Shown: positions 61,780 to 64,000 of the stretch, piece by piece | Layout of the letters: each line of letters opens with the position of its first letter | How positions within the stretch are numbered: position 1 is the stretch's first letter | Source: Macrostomum hystrix | Taxonomy: Eukaryota; Animalia; Platyhelminthes | Assembly: GCA_950097015.1 (NCBI GenBank) | Contig: CATNEN010000024.1 | Span: forward strand, 2,542,001 to 2,606,000 | Direction: 5' to 3' | DNA length: 64,000 nt | Position numbers and translations under genes: made by a program | Notes under the pieces: generated by a model | The model's database searches: none | Told to the model about the DNA's origin: nothing | The model's input: only the letters and a program-made list of their open reading frames with translations

Positions 61780-64000
61780 GTGGCAGGTCTGCCGATTCGT
61801 CTAGCAAGGATTAACTGCAATATAAGTATTTACACCGCAGATACAAACTTTAGAAACAAAAACTCTGGCCCAGGGCCAGGTGCCATCTGCCATGCTCCTG
61901 AATTTGGCATCTTCCAAGAACTCTACTTCATTGTATCCACCTTGTCTTTTTCTTCTGTGTCCCACTCCCACCTCTCTCATATTTTATCCTAAATATATTA
62001 GATTAGGAGCTTTAATTATCAATTTTAGTCACTAGCTAGTTCTCAATGGTTGAGGCTGAGCTTAATTCTTGGAAGGGGTACTTCTAATACAAAGTTAAAC
62101 TTCAAGGTCACATGTTTAAAATACACTATTTACAAATGCTCATTTTAATTTAGATGCAAGCTGATGAAAACCACATTACACTTTTTTAAATCAAGAATGT
62201 GTTATGATTATGGGGAAACTAAAGAATAACAATCTATTTAGCTGCCAGAAATGGTAAAATTTCTAATTTCTTCATTTGTTTTGCATTTTTAGACACCAAA
62301 AACACAAAGAAATCAAAGGGGATACGAGGCTGCAATATAGCTAACCTGAGCATCAATTTTTTTTGGCTCCTAGGCTGCAACATGTGTCATCACCCTATAG
62401 GAAAAACAATATTTTTGCAGATACATGTCTGCGGCATTCTTGAAAATCCTGGTTGGCGCATGGAGCATAGCATAGCATCCCAATGTAGTTTTGCTATAGG
62501 GATGCACAGGAAAAAGCTTTTGTTAGCTTGGTTCTTTCAAGCCAGAATTGGACTGTTTCCAATGCATGTTGATGAACTTTGTCCAAAAATTCTAGGCAGT
62601 TGTTGCAACCATATGGGGAATCTGACAGCTTGGGGAACCTTAAAGGGAGATGCTATTTACTGATGTCATGCCATGTCAAGCTAGTGCTCAGTTTTCTGAC
62701 TTTAATTCTGCATACAACTATTTTCTAGATGGCTGGATGAACTGCAAATGGGTTGTGCCAACTGTGGAGGTACAACCAGCTTTTGGGTAATTAAGGATGG
62801 AGATTACCCTACATTATAGCAACAATTGTAGTGGATACTTAGGCTGCCAAGTGTTGGCTGGCAAGGCATCACCTAATTTCCAATGAATGCATGTGTAGCA
62901 ACAAAACTGGCAGATACAGAAATGACAAGAAAAAAATTCAAGGGCTTGCCATAGGCCCATAGGTTGTTCTATAGTTATATAGCCATGATACTACAAAAAG
63001 TGATGATTAAAACTTAACCTTGAAATTTGAAAAAAAATCGAATTTTTTACTGGTAATTACAAAATTGAAATCTAAATTTGGACATTCATTTCCTTACAAG
63101 CCACACAAACAAAACATATTAGCTAGTTGAACCTTAAAATTTGCTAAAGAAATTTTAGATAGGCCTACAATTTTGTTTAAAAGCACAAAAAGCCTTGGTA
63201 TTTTGGTTTTTGGTGTTAAATGGCTGTGCATTTGTCTCTTTTTGTACCCAGTTAAATGATGAAGTAGTAAATCTAGCTAGCCACCCCACCCTTGGGTTCA
63301 GTCATGTGGCAACTGAACAACAACAAACTACTTAGCTGTCTTTGTATTTGCATATTACACTTTTCATTTATTCATATGCTTTGTATTGCAAGACCCTTTA
63401 ATTCTAAAAATAGAAATATTGTTGAAAAAATACTAACAAATTTATTTTATTTAAAATAAAAATTTTAGAGCAGAAATTCATTCTTGTTACACATTTCAAT
63501 TTTATAGGCCTTACCCTAGTTCTTCAAAAGTACACGATAAATAGTTACAAGCACAAGATAAGAATAAAGAAATAAGAAATAAGAACCGAACTTAAGATAT
63601 TTGATTACCTGGATATAAATTGAGATTTGGAATAATCTGGGCTAAATTGCTAATTAGTGGCAGGAAAGGTTGTTTAGAATTAATAGAAAAATAGCCGAAT
63701 ATGAACATCACTGCCAATAATATTAAGAGTTTAGACAGCCTTGCTGTACTTGTACTAGATCAATAGGACTTAATAATAATACTATAATCGCTTTTAACCA
63801 TTTTAACAATTTAGAATGATCCCACCGAGACTTCGGTTCGGGCATGCAGTACTTTGTAGAACATTTTCTTAAATTATTGATTTGTATTTATATCGTTAGA
63901 AAACGATAAGCAGGACTACAAATCAAGCCACTGTAACAATAGTAAAAATTATTACTTTAGTTGAACCATGCAATTGTTTTCTTAGCATTCTTTACTTCCA

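Noticed and set aside
62380-62950. CANCGG-like and AYNYFLDGW-like words suggesting a zinc finger or transposase remnant
   Set aside because: Short matches in different frames with multiple stops; cannot be supported without a profile search.

Overview
Animal nuclear DNA. About 40% of the window (summing my approximate coordinates) is some 30 mutually unrelated mini/microsatellite arrays, and these generate most of the long ORFs in the supplied track as artefacts. The array-filled introns and GC-rich exons suggest a free-living flatworm such as Macrostomum (inference only). Six host genes were reconstructed by hand with GT-AG splice sites and consistent phases. (1) The first four coding exons of a SHANK gene (minus, running off the window start). 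(2) A two-exon TKL-type kinase with an unfamiliar N-terminal HYKKDGTLDMRY repeat. (3) An intronless FMRFamide-receptor-like GPCR. (4) An intronless type II membrane GT-A glycosyltransferase resembling CMT1/CAP59-like (GT69) enzymes. (5) A small secreted, probably amidated neuropeptide precursor with a predicted hidden second exon. (6) A seven-exon nuclear receptor whose second zinc finger lacks one Cys. Mobile DNA comprises one decayed APE-RT-RNaseH LINE (LOA/Lian-like) inside a (GATCCCA)n array, five copies of a tRNA-derived SINE whose 3' end resembles that LINE's 3' end, and two heads of a second tRNA-derived repeat. No database searches could be run; family assignments rest on motif recognition.
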